The position numbers were made by a program, and so were the translations under genes. Source: Candidatus Heimdallarchaeota archaeon (lineage in GTDB: Archaea > Asgardarchaeota > Heimdallarchaeia > Heimdallarchaeales > Heimdallarchaeaceae). From it: 64,000 nt of DNA. Below the pieces are notes generated by a model that was given only the letters and a program-made list of their open reading frames with translations, searched no databases and was not told where the DNA came from. This document shows, in pieces, positions 37,455-46,996 of the stretch (position 1 is the first letter of the stretch; every line of letters begins with the position of its first letter). The DNA is taken from assembly GCA_019057375.1 (NCBI GenBank), contig DXJF01000032.1, positions 8,560 to 72,559 on the forward strand, written 5' to 3'.

Positions 37455-39083
37455 TCAGCTCTCTTTTTTCTTATCTAATCGATCTTTATTTCTTCTCCTT
37501 ACCTTTGCTTTTTCAACAAATTCATCCTCTGCTGGCCAAAGGAATGTGGCTATAGATGTTAGCATTAGAAGAATGACGATAGGTACTAAAATACCTACAA
37601 TATTATATGCAAAATTATCACTAACGCCTGATACTCTGAAAACAACTAACAGCGCCAAACCACCAAGAATAATTCCAATAATTTCACTTATAGAAATAAT
37701 GGTTTGTTGAATGCTCATAGTTGCACCATGGAATTCTGCTTGTTTTTCTAATTCAACTTCTGTTTTTGAAACACTATTTTTTATATCTAAAGAACTACTA
37801 TCGCCAAGCCTTCCACTGATTGCTGGAAAATATGCTGAGCTCATCAAAACAGCTACTCCTAGTAATAGTAGTATCCAAATATTACTATAGAGACCATTAG
37901 GGTCGAATTCAGAAGAGGGATCGTGCCAAGGCTGTCCTCCTGTTAGAAGGTTTGTAAAGAAAGCAATACCTATTCCTGCTACAAGCAAAATCAACCCCAT
38001 TACTCCAATAGCTAAAGTTTTCTTTCTTCCAATTTTATCTGCAACCCACCCCCATAAAAACATTGGAAGACCCATGGCTAGAGTTATTCCTACTGTTGCA
38101 TAACTAGCAGTACCTGGCGTAGACTCAATTGATAAAATTAGGAAACCCCAATTGTTTAACACTCCTATAATTGATGCCGTCCCAATTAAAGGTAAAATAA
38201 TTCCTCGCCTGCGTTTATTTGTCATCATTCGCCAAGATGTGGCTAATTCCTTCTTTATACTGTACTTTTCTTCCTTTACAACTGATTTTGTTTTATCAAC
38301 CATGAAGTAAACAACAACAGCTGATATAATTATCGCGAAACCAAAAAGAAGATAGATGTATGCCAGTCTTCCTGGATTTACTGGATCCCAGAAATTAATG
38401 AATTTACTTGCTGTAATTTCATCAAATCCAAATACAATTCTGTTTTTACCTCTATACCATCTAACCTTTTCATCAATCCCCACAATTTTATCATAAAGTA
38501 ATCCTGCAAGGATAACACCAACTGAACGCCCAACAGTGACAGCAACATTATAAAATCCAATCCTAGTTGCTCGGTTTTCATAAACAGAGAATCTAGAGAT
38601 GTAACCGTAAGAAGCATTTACTTTGCACGACCCAGCTAAACCATGAAGGAAATGATAAAGACTCATACCAAAAATCAGTAACCCATTTGTTAAGGGAATT
38701 ATTCCTATCCATCCGAGCCAATTTAGTGCACAAATTCCATAGCCACCTAGGATCAACCCCCCAGCTGCTGTACCGAATAAAATCCACCTTTTAGCATCTG
38801 AAGTATCTGATTTGAAACCAAAAAACCCTGAACTAAAAATAACAGCAAGTGCATAAGTTATTTCAACTACAATCACAGAGATATTAGCTGCCCAACCCTC
38901 CATACCCAAGTGCTCCCAGATGAAGATTGGCATTAAAACAGTAGTACTACCAAATGCTACACGTAAAAAGAAAGTTGATATCAAAATACCAATAAGAGAT
39001 AAGTTTGGATGAGGAAGTTTATACAAACTTTCTTCGCGCTCAGCAGAAGAATCAGAGTTTGTTTTTGGAGCATCTTCACTCAT
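37455..39083 (-). CDS. MFS transporter
   Basis: GWVADKIGRKK, RATRIGFYN; multiple TM helices. Confidence 0.85.
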   Translation of the reverse strand: MSEDAPKTNSDSSAEREESLYKLPHPNLSLIGILISTFFLRVAFGSTTVLMPIFIWEHLGMEGWAANISVIVVEITYALAVIFSSGFFGFKSDTSDAKRWILFGTAAGGLILGGYGICALNWLGWIGIIPLTNGLLIFGMSLYHFLHGLAGSCKVNASYGYISRFSVYENRATRIGFYNVAVTVGRSVGVILAGLLYDKIVGIDEKVRWYRGKNRIVFGFDEITASKFINFWDPVNPGRLAYIYLLFGFAIIISAVVVYFMVDKTKSVVKEEKYSIKKELATSWRMMTNKRRRGIILPLIGTASIIGVLNNWGFLILSIESTPGTASYATVGITLAMGLPMFLWGWVADKIGRKKTLAIGVMGLILLVAGIGIAFFTNLLTGGQPWHDPSSEFDPNGLYSNIWILLLLGVAVLMSSAYFPAISGRLGDSSSLDIKNSVSKTEVELEKQAEFHGATMSIQQTIISISEIIGIILGGLALLVVFRVSGVSDNFAYNIVGILVPIVILLMLTSIATFLWPAEDEFVEKAKVRRRNKDRLDKKKES

Positions 39084-39241
39084 ATTGACTTATCCCGTAA
39101 TTTATGAAGAAAAGAGTTTGTGAGTGATATTAAAATTTATGGTTTAAATGTAGGTAAGAGCTCATTAAAATTTGAATAAATTTCTTTTTGTTAATCACTT
39201 TATTATAAAAACAAAATAGCTTATTGTCACACGCAGTAGCG

Positions 39242-39298
39242 TAAAGTATTTAAGAAAGGCATAAAGTATTTAATATTGTAGTTACATAAAGTAATCAA
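39242..39298. promoter_or_regulatory. Three direct repeats TAAAGTA(T/A)T(T/C)AA in a divergent intergenic region
   Basis: TAAAGTATTTAA at 39242 and 39262; TAAAGTAATCAA at 39287. Confidence 0.5.
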
Positions 39299-39326
39299 TA
39301 ATAGTTATAGATGGAGAATAAAAAAA

Positions 39327-39755
39327 ATGAGCAGCGAAAAGCAATCAGTAACGATCGCAAAGATGGTGAAATTAGAGGCTGAAAAGCCAATTGAACTACC
39401 AGAAGAATTCTTATCAGCCCTTAAACCAGATGGCAAAACATTTGCAGTACTTATATTAGCACCTAATACAAGAATTATTAGGATTATTCCTACAAGTACT
39501 AATGAAGTAGCCAAGATTAATATCAACATCGGAAAACTCTCTCCAGATTTCCTTCGTAAAATGGGATCCATCTTCATCAGGCTTGGTATTAAAACACTTT
39601 ACAGCACCGGTTTATGCTTTACTCAGTCAGCCTGCGTATATGAGGGTTACATCGATTCTGATGAACTTAAAGAAGTTAGCATTGACCAGATTAAGGATGA
39701 ACTCGAGAGAATCGAAGGCGTTTCGAGCGTCGAAGTTGATGCCTTAACTGCCTAG
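39327..39755 (+). CDS. AbrB-like plus ACT domain regulatory protein
   Basis: N-terminal I.LPEEF swapped-hairpin-like segment; C-terminal beta-alpha-beta ACT pattern ending L..IEGVSSVEV. Confidence 0.6.
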   Translation: MSSEKQSVTIAKMVKLEAEKPIELPEEFLSALKPDGKTFAVLILAPNTRIIRIIPTSTNEVAKININIGKLSPDFLRKMGSIFIRLGIKTLYSTGLCFTQSACVYEGYIDSDELKEVSIDQIKDELERIEGVSSVEVDALTA

Positions 39756-39770
39756 AGGAGCGAACCATCG

Positions 39771-40484
39771 TTGGTTCGACGGAGAGTAAAGGAAAAACGT
39801 CTCACTTTGCTGCTCCATCCATTACGTAGAGAGCTTTACCGTCTTGTGTGTGAGACCCCAGGTGTATATTTTTTTGAATTATCTAGTGCTTTAACTGCAC
39901 CTCATGGTACTATTAATTGGCATTTAAGAAAACTAGAAGAAGCTATGCTTATTAAATCTATCAAATTTGGTGGAAAAAGAGTTTATTTTTCTAGAACTTT
40001 ACGTTCTGAGGATGTGGAAAAAGCCTTTGTTGTTCTCAAACATTCTACAGCAAGGAAAATCTTTGCTTACATTTTGAACAATGAAGGATGTCATCAAACT
40101 CTAATAGCTAAATCCTTAGGAATTCATCATGACACAGTTCGTCATCACACAGATAGAATGGTACAAGCTAACTTAGTATCAAAATTTAACGTAGGTAGAA
40201 AAACTTGTTATAAACTGGATGAAGTGGGTTTAAAAATACAAGAGGAGAGCATCAATACTATCTCTAATACATATGTAGCAGCTCTAATGGATATTCTTGA
40301 AGAAAACTGTTTACATCCGGAAATAGAGGAAGTTTCCAAGGATCACTTGACAGTAAGGATAGAATGTCCAGGGTCAACTGATGCAACTTTTACAATATCC
40401 CTTTCTCAGTGGACATTTGATGAAGAATGGGAGGAAACTATACAAACTGATATTGAAAAAGAAAAAATTGAGGAAGCAACTTAA
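39771..40484 (+). CDS. Tandem winged-HTH transcriptional regulator (COG3398-like)
   Basis: Two R..I...I...PG/G.H....L.....T..WHL..L units. Confidence 0.8.
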   Translation: MVRRRVKEKRLTLLLHPLRRELYRLVCETPGVYFFELSSALTAPHGTINWHLRKLEEAMLIKSIKFGGKRVYFSRTLRSEDVEKAFVVLKHSTARKIFAYILNNEGCHQTLIAKSLGIHHDTVRHHTDRMVQANLVSKFNVGRKTCYKLDEVGLKIQEESINTISNTYVAALMDILEENCLHPEIEEVSKDHLTVRIECPGSTDATFTISLSQWTFDEEWEETIQTDIEKEKIEEAT

Positions 40485-40580
40485 TCTAGAAACATTTTTT
40501 GTTTTTCCGTTAGTTTTAATTTCTATCATTAAAATACTTTTATAAGGGAATTTGTCACATAATCTTAAGGAGTGTTAGAT

Positions 40581-41594
40581 ATGAGTTCTAAGGAGAAAAC
40601 CAAATCTCGAAAGAGCACAAAGACTTCAAAAACTAGTTTGAAAACAATTTCAACAAAAATTAATGAAATTTACACTAATATGAGTAGAGTGATTGTAGGT
40701 CAAAAAGAGGTAATTAACGCTATGATTACTGCTGTTTTAGCAGACGGTCACGTTTTACTTGAAGGTGTACCAGGAATAGCAAAAACTTTAATGGTTAGAG
40801 CACTTGCAAAAGCAATATCAGCAGATTTCAAAAGAATACAATTCACACCAGATCTGATGCCTTCTGATGTTACAGGAGTAATGGCTTTTAAACCAGAAAC
40901 GGGAGATTTTTACTTCAAGGAAGGACCGGTATTTACAAACTTGTTACTTGCAGACGAGATTAACAGAGCACCACCAAAAACACAAGCAGCGATGTTAGAG
41001 AGCATGCAGGAAAAACAAGTAACAATAGAAAAACAAACAACAGCTCTACCAGATCCGTTCATAGTTTTCGCAACTCAGAATCCAATTGAAACCGAAGGAA
41101 CTTATCCTTTACCTGAAGCACAGATCGACAGATTTGCATTCAAGGTTTTAGTATCCTATCCCACTGAAGACGAGGAAACTGAGATAGTCAATCGTTTCAC
41201 TGGAGAGTATGATTCTTATGACATACTGGATGAAATTGTTCCAGTACTAACTGCTGCTGAAGTAATAAGTTTACAAAAGGTTGTTAGAAAAGAAGTTAGT
41301 ATTTCTGAAGAGCTTTCTAAGTATATTGTTAGAATTGTCACTTTAACTAGAGAAAGTGAGGAGGTTTACATGGGTGCTAGTCCACGAGCTAGTCTTTGGA
41401 TGACCATCTCAGCCAAAGCATCAGCAGCTATGGATGGAAGAAATTATGTTAATCCTCTTGATATTCAAAAAGTGGCTAAAAATGTTCTTCGTCACAGAGT
41501 TCTCATTAAACCTGAGTATGAATTCGACGGGACCACTTCGGAGATAATCATTGACAGGATTCTAAAACATACTCCCGCTCCAAGCATTCAATAA
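40581..41594 (+). CDS. moxR: MoxR family AAA+ ATPase (MoxR-proper type)
   Basis: [63 protein letters not shown]. Confidence 0.96.
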   Translation: MSSKEKTKSRKSTKTSKTSLKTISTKINEIYTNMSRVIVGQKEVINAMITAVLADGHVLLEGVPGIAKTLMVRALAKAISADFKRIQFTPDLMPSDVTGVMAFKPETGDFYFKEGPVFTNLLLADEINRAPPKTQAAMLESMQEKQVTIEKQTTALPDPFIVFATQNPIETEGTYPLPEAQIDRFAFKVLVSYPTEDEETEIVNRFTGEYDSYDILDEIVPVLTAAEVISLQKVVRKEVSISEELSKYIVRIVTLTRESEEVYMGASPRASLWMTISAKASAAMDGRNYVNPLDIQKVAKNVLRHRVLIKPEYEFDGTTSEIIIDRILKHTPAPSIQ

Positions 41595-41609
41595 TAGAGA
41601 TTGAGATTC

Positions 41610-43790
41610 ATGAAGCTAAATCGTAAGTATTTCTTACTAATCGTTATTTGTTTAGAAATGGTTATGTTAGTGGGGGGGAGTATCTACATTATCAATGCTA
41701 AAACCAATAATGTAGTCGCACAAGAAACTGATTTCACTGTCGTAATTTCTAAAGATCAGTATTATTTCAAAAACGATACAATGAGAACAGATGGCTATAT
41801 CTATTGGGTTGACTTAAACTCTCCTGGTGGATACCTAACCATCTATGGGAATACTTCCGACATGTATGAAATAGTCTTTTGGGATGGCATCGGTGATATG
41901 AATGAGGATCAAGATTATTTTCTTGAACCCGACAGAATAAGGGTGTTACCAAGAACAACTGGATTAAACTATAGAATTAGGAGCAATTATTATCCTGATT
42001 ATTTCCTTGATACCAACTTTGTAGTAATATTTGACACTTTTTGGGCTCAATTTAGTTATCTAACTCCCGATGGAGACGAAAGATATTCTCCAGTAACATA
42101 TCATAATAAACAATTATTACCCGAGGATGCTGGTCTAGTGAGTTTTGCTCCCACCGATAATGCAGTAATTGTTAAAGAAGGGGACTCTTTTGGAATAACA
42201 TGGGATTATGAAGAAAGAGCAATGGACCCATTCCATGAACCGTTGACATATGAAATTACTTACAATTTTGATCCAATTTATCTACAGTTTACAGAACAGA
42301 TGTTTGAAAACCAATCTCAACAACAAGAGATTGAACAAGTTGAGAGTTTGTTAAATCTATTACAAATTTACTTTAAACTTATTGCATTTATTGCGATAGC
42401 AATTAGCATATTTGCTGCACTCTTTGGTTATTTAAGAGCTAAAAGGAAATTCAAATCCAAGCTTAATGAAGCACGAAGTATGCCTAAAAAGATGTTAAAA
42501 GATATTGAAGCTGAAATAGACCCCCGGAAAAGAGTATCATCACTCTTCAACGCTTTCTTTATCTTACTTTTAATCTCTCCAGCACTTTATACGAATCAGC
42601 AGATGACAACTGATATGGATGTTGTAGCAAATAATAAAATGGTTACAATAGAGGGATATACTCCCATCATGACAAGTGAAAGAGATATTAGGTATGAAGC
42701 CTCTATCGAACTGGGAGAGGATGGAATTGCATTTGAGACAGTTATTATGGAATTACCTTTTACAGTGGATAATTTCAGTATTTGGGCTGATACAAGTTCA
42801 GTTTTAGAATTCAGAGCATATAATGAATTTCATGCCCCCCTATCTTATCAACAATTCAGTGATAAATATGTAATAAGAAATCTTCAAGGCTTTATTGAGT
42901 ATGAAATAGTACGACCTTATACATATTATAACAATAGCAATATCCTAGTATATCTTGATTATTTCTGGTTATTATTCGTCGATCCTGTATTGCAAGATGA
43001 ATCTCTACCACCAATTTATTCAAAGGCAGATATCAAATTTACAGTTATTGTTCCAGAGGGGGCAATATTATACAGTGCATCACCTGAAAGCATTCTAACT
43101 CTAAGTCAAACTCCAGAAGGTAGAAGAAAAGTAACTTTCATTGATGAAGATAGAGATATTGATCCTTATCATGATTTGTTTTCAACGCAAATTACTTATT
43201 CATTTATTGATGTAATTGAAGCAATAGAAAATCAATCTGCTAGATTTGAACACTTCAGAGTTGAAACAAAAATATCTGAAGAGCAGAGGGCTTCTTTAAG
43301 TAGAAATCTTATATTTATCAGTTTATTAGGTTTGATTGCACCTATTCTAGCTTTTCTATTAACATATTTTATTGTTCGAAGAAGAATGTTAAGAAAAATT
43401 CAAGAAGAGGAGCAAAAATATGAAATGCTTGTTTCAGTTGAAGAAATACAATTACAGGCTATGAATAGAGCTAAGGAAATAGATGCTTCATCAGAACCAT
43501 GGAAAGCAATGTTGGGTGAGTACTGGGAATTATTGGGATATATTAGTAGGATTGTACCAGTAAACTTACTAGCAGCGCCTGAAGAAATCCATGAGAGAAC
43601 AGACAGACAATATATTCCTTCCAACCTTATTACTGAGACTTTAGAGATTCTCTCAGTAGGGGGAGCACTTTCAAACAGCTGGATAAGCGATGAGCAGATC
43701 TACTATAATAAACAACAAGCTCGAGATTATTTAGAATCCGTAATGAAATTAATCGAGAAAATAGAAAAATGGAGAAAAGATCAAAAATGA
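41610..43790 (+). CDS. Membrane-anchored protein with two duplicated extracellular beta-rich modules
   Basis: Four hydrophobic segments; internal repeat D.FW..F ... PE.A.L.S..P ... R..DP.H....ITY.F. Confidence 0.7.
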   Translation: MKLNRKYFLLIVICLEMVMLVGGSIYIINAKTNNVVAQETDFTVVISKDQYYFKNDTMRTDGYIYWVDLNSPGGYLTIYGNTSDMYEIVFWDGIGDMNEDQDYFLEPDRIRVLPRTTGLNYRIRSNYYPDYFLDTNFVVIFDTFWAQFSYLTPDGDERYSPVTYHNKQLLPEDAGLVSFAPTDNAVIVKEGDSFGITWDYEERAMDPFHEPLTYEITYNFDPIYLQFTEQMFENQSQQQEIEQVESLLNLLQIYFKLIAFIAIAISIFAALFGYLRAKRKFKSKLNEARSMPKKMLKDIEAEIDPRKRVSSLFNAFFILLLISPALYTNQQMTTDMDVVANNKMVTIEGYTPIMTSERDIRYEASIELGEDGIAFETVIMELPFTVDNFSIWADTSSVLEFRAYNEFHAPLSYQQFSDKYVIRNLQGFIEYEIVRPYTYYNNSNILVYLDYFWLLFVDPVLQDESLPPIYSKADIKFTVIVPEGAILYSASPESILTLSQTPEGRRKVTFIDEDRDIDPYHDLFSTQITYSFIDVIEAIENQSARFEHFRVETKISEEQRASLSRNLIFISLLGLIAPILAFLLTYFIVRRRMLRKIQEEEQKYEMLVSVEEIQLQAMNRAKEIDASSEPWKAMLGEYWELLGYISRIVPVNLLAAPEEIHERTDRQYIPSNLITETLEILSVGGALSNSWISDEQIYYNKQQARDYLESVMKLIEKIEKWRKDQK

Positions 43791-44461
43791 AAACCAAATT
43801 AAAAATCTTCTATTTTATGGTGATATCGCTTCTTATTGCGAGTATATTTCCAATTTATCATTCAGTTGGGCAAGAAGGTGTGTATACTTCCCCCACATAT
43901 TCATTTGAAATAGATGAAAATACTAATTTCACGGTCGTTTCTCAAGCACCTCTCACTTGGCAACAAAATCAATATGAAAATATAACAGTCATAATAAAAA
44001 CTTCAGGATTAGCAGTAGGTGAGAATCTCTCGTTAACTTTAGTTTCTTTCTTCTTTAATTATCCAGAAGATCCAATTCCTCACTCATCTGGTTCAAAAAT
44101 AATAAACCAAAACCTTACACAAATAGATCAAATCTATGAATTTAATAAAACATTTGTCCCACCAGATGAAGAGAGATTCAATATAACCATCAAGATTATT
44201 GCTAATAGTACTGGAGTTCCTGCTGCTCAAGAGTTTTTTGCTCAATTTCCTGGAGATGAAACATATATTGAAGTTGAAAAAAGTAAAGCGTTACCCGTAA
44301 TCAATCTTCCAGGCTTTCCCGATCCACAGACTTTCGTTAGATGGATATTCATTTTTCTTGTAATTATTGGGATTATATCTCTACCATCTATCTTTGTAGC
44401 ATATACGAAAATCCAGGAAAAGGTGAAAGGTAGAAAAACGAAAGGAGATGATAAGAAATGA
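43787..44461 (+). CDS. Secreted single-pass membrane protein (Ig-like fold possible)
   Basis: Signal peptide, N-glycosylation sequons, C-terminal TM and basic tail; ATGA overlap with the previous gene. Confidence 0.7.
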   Translation: MKTKLKIFYFMVISLLIASIFPIYHSVGQEGVYTSPTYSFEIDENTNFTVVSQAPLTWQQNQYENITVIIKTSGLAVGENLSLTLVSFFFNYPEDPIPHSSGSKIINQNLTQIDQIYEFNKTFVPPDEERFNITIKIIANSTGVPAAQEFFAQFPGDETYIEVEKSKALPVINLPGFPDPQTFVRWIFIFLVIIGIISLPSIFVAYTKIQEKVKGRKTKGDDKK

Positions 44462-46050
44462 GTTCTGAAGAAACTACAACTCCGCTTGAAAGATCCATGA
44501 AGAAGATGGATGTTCTAATGAGATCATTTGGAATGAGAACAAGGGTGTTCAAAGGTGCATCTAGAGCAGTAGTAAAAGGTACTCGAAAACTCTATCCTTA
44601 TGAGCTGAATGCTACATTAGTAGAGACAGCTAGAGGGGTTGGAATTCGCGTTAGACTTGAAAAGATTTGGTACACATTCCTCAAACTCACCCCGTTCTTA
44701 ATTGTTATACTCTTTTCTATCTTACAGGCAACAGTTCCTGCAGCAGGAGAAAGTATTGCAAGTGCGACAGGAGTAAATTTGTTTTTACTTCTTTTAGGAA
44801 CAAATCCAAGTGGTTTAGGTATTTGGATAGCGCTACCGATTATAGGATTAATAATTGTTGGTGCAGAGATTCTAGAAAGAATCATTCGTGCAAAATATAT
44901 TCAAGATCGAATGCCTAGATTTCTCAGTGGAGCTGAGTGGACAGTTTCTGAACCACCAGTAGTTCTAGATCTCATTAGTTCTGCAAATAATCTATTCTGG
45001 TTAATGTATGTTGTACTAATTATTAGCTTTGCACCAATGTCCTTCCACGGAGATATATTTACTAAATTCTTAGAAGTATATGAAGTAGATGCGGGGGCGC
45101 TGATTGAAACTACAAAGTTTATTTCAATCTTGAATATAGGGTTTCTAGGTGGACTTTTGTTTGCGGTTCTTTATCAAAATTATGAAAAATTCAGAGGTAG
45201 TCTCGACAGACAACAGCTAAGACAAGATATCAAATTTGAGAGCCAAACAAGACAAATGTTTCAGGTCGCAATCGGAGCAACAATGTTTGCATCACTAATG
45301 CTAGTTGGATATTATTTCACATTTTGGTCAGGAATTACTGTAATTCAAGTTTTGATATTTTATGCAGTTACAATAATATCAAGTGTTCTTGGTGTATGGT
45401 TATTCTGGCAAAAAGAAGGCTATATCTTCATCACAATGGCAATCTGGTTCTTCCTAAGTGCAGTAGTAATGATTTTTATGAATGCCAACAATCCATCTTA
45501 TTCATGGATGATTATTTGCAACTTGTTCCTTATTGTTCTAGTAGTAGTTTTATCTCTGAATAGATATTTTACGAAAAATTTAGAACAGAAAGGAATTCAT
45601 GAACCAAGCTGGATGTATAACTTCTTCCCATTATTTGCATTTATTTCAATACTAATCAAAAAGAAAGTTAGAATATCGAGAGGTGTGGACAAAGAACTTG
45701 ATGAGATTCTAGAGGAGGAAATGAAGGATAGAGCAAAAGAGAAAGAACCGCTAGTTATCGACATGGATAAAATTAAGAAGAAAGGAAAAGAATCTATAAA
45801 AATTATCCAAACCTATCAGAAACTGCTCTCTAGAATTGTCAAGGGGGAGGTTAACATTGTATCTCTGGTTGGTCTAAATAATCTTGTCTTAGATATAATT
45901 AAAGATGATAGAAAATTACACAAGGAAGCTATTCAAGTTTTCAAAGTAGTTGATAGTTTACTTTGGGATGATAATTATGTTTTGAAACAAGGTGAAAATA
46001 TTCTAACTTCTGCAGCAAACATCTATGAAGAACTTGTAAAACGAAGGTGA
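44458..46050 (+). CDS. Polytopic membrane protein of unknown function
   Basis: About 9-10 TM helices with soluble termini; ATGA overlap. Confidence 0.7.
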   Translation: MSSEETTTPLERSMKKMDVLMRSFGMRTRVFKGASRAVVKGTRKLYPYELNATLVETARGVGIRVRLEKIWYTFLKLTPFLIVILFSILQATVPAAGESIASATGVNLFLLLLGTNPSGLGIWIALPIIGLIIVGAEILERIIRAKYIQDRMPRFLSGAEWTVSEPPVVLDLISSANNLFWLMYVVLIISFAPMSFHGDIFTKFLEVYEVDAGALIETTKFISILNIGFLGGLLFAVLYQNYEKFRGSLDRQQLRQDIKFESQTRQMFQVAIGATMFASLMLVGYYFTFWSGITVIQVLIFYAVTIISSVLGVWLFWQKEGYIFITMAIWFFLSAVVMIFMNANNPSYSWMIICNLFLIVLVVVLSLNRYFTKNLEQKGIHEPSWMYNFFPLFAFISILIKKKVRISRGVDKELDEILEEEMKDRAKEKEPLVIDMDKIKKKGKESIKIIQTYQKLLSRIVKGEVNIVSLVGLNNLVLDIIKDDRKLHKEAIQVFKVVDSLLWDDNYVLKQGENILTSAANIYEELVKRR

Positions 46051-46054
46051 ATTA

Positions 46055-46996
46055 ATGTCAGTAGCAGGTGAACTAAAAACTGTGAAAGAGAAGAAAGATA
46101 GCGTTAAAATTCCTCTAAAGAAGCTAAGGAGATTGGAGATTCTTGCAAAAGAGAAAACTACTAGCTTCCTTCAAGGACATAGACGATCCATCTTTCGAGG
46201 ACCTGGTACTGAATATGCAGATTTAAGAGAATATATTGAGGGCGATGATCTCAGATTTGTAGATTGGAACGCATCATCCAGAGTTCCATTCAAATTAATA
46301 GTTAGGGACTATGAACAAGAAAGGAATACAAATGTTATATTAATGTTAGATACCAGTTATTCTATGTTATTGGGTGAACCAAATCCCAGAATTAAAATGG
46401 CAGTTGAAGCAATTGCCACCCTTGCATATACTGTTATGAATAACAGAGATAATTTTGGATGGGTATCTTTCTCAGAAAAAATACACAAATATATTCCTGC
46501 TAGAGGTGGAAAAACACACCTTTATCATATTTTCAATGAAATGTTGAAAATAGCTCCATTTGGTAGTACAAATATAGGTGAAACTGTAAAAGAAATTGCC
46601 TTAGCTCAGAAGAGAAGATCAATTATAATAGTACTTACAGACCTTCATAGTAATCTTGAAGAAGCAATGGATGGGTTCAAGGTTGCCAATGTTAAGCATC
46701 ACGATTTTAAACTATTTCATATTCATGATCCGGAAGAATTTTTGTTTCCTAAAAACCCTAGACAAGTAAAATATCAAGACCCTGAAACAGGAGAAATAAA
46801 AATTGTTAATTTTAGTAATTTACTTGAAAGAGGAAAGTTCATGTATGAGCTCGGCCTCGAGATTAGAAAAATTAATGAATTTAAGCGAGAAGTTAGAGGT
46901 TTAAATATAGAAGTGATAGATGCGCCAACAACTGTTCTAACAGAAAAACTATTGCTTACTTATTTTGGTTCAAAGAGGAGAGGACTAGTAAGATGA
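46055..46996 (+). CDS. DUF58 family (vWA-like) MoxR partner
   Basis: G.H.S..RG.G.EY..LREY..GDD.R.VDW.ASSR, EQER, MIDAS-like LDTSYSM, LTD. Confidence 0.93.
   Translation: MSVAGELKTVKEKKDSVKIPLKKLRRLEILAKEKTTSFLQGHRRSIFRGPGTEYADLREYIEGDDLRFVDWNASSRVPFKLIVRDYEQERNTNVILMLDTSYSMLLGEPNPRIKMAVEAIATLAYTVMNNRDNFGWVSFSEKIHKYIPARGGKTHLYHIFNEMLKIAPFGSTNIGETVKEIALAQKRRSIIIVLTDLHSNLEEAMDGFKVANVKHHDFKLFHIHDPEEFLFPKNPRQVKYQDPETGEIKIVNFSNLLERGKFMYELGLEIRKINEFKREVRGLNIEVIDAPTTVLTEKLLLTYFGSKRRGLVR

Noticed and set aside
44290-44461. LPGFP before the C-terminal TM as a PGF-CTERM archaeosortase signal
   Set aside because: PGF lies several residues before the TM and the tail is longer than typical. No archaeosortase gene in the window and no other protein here shares the motif.
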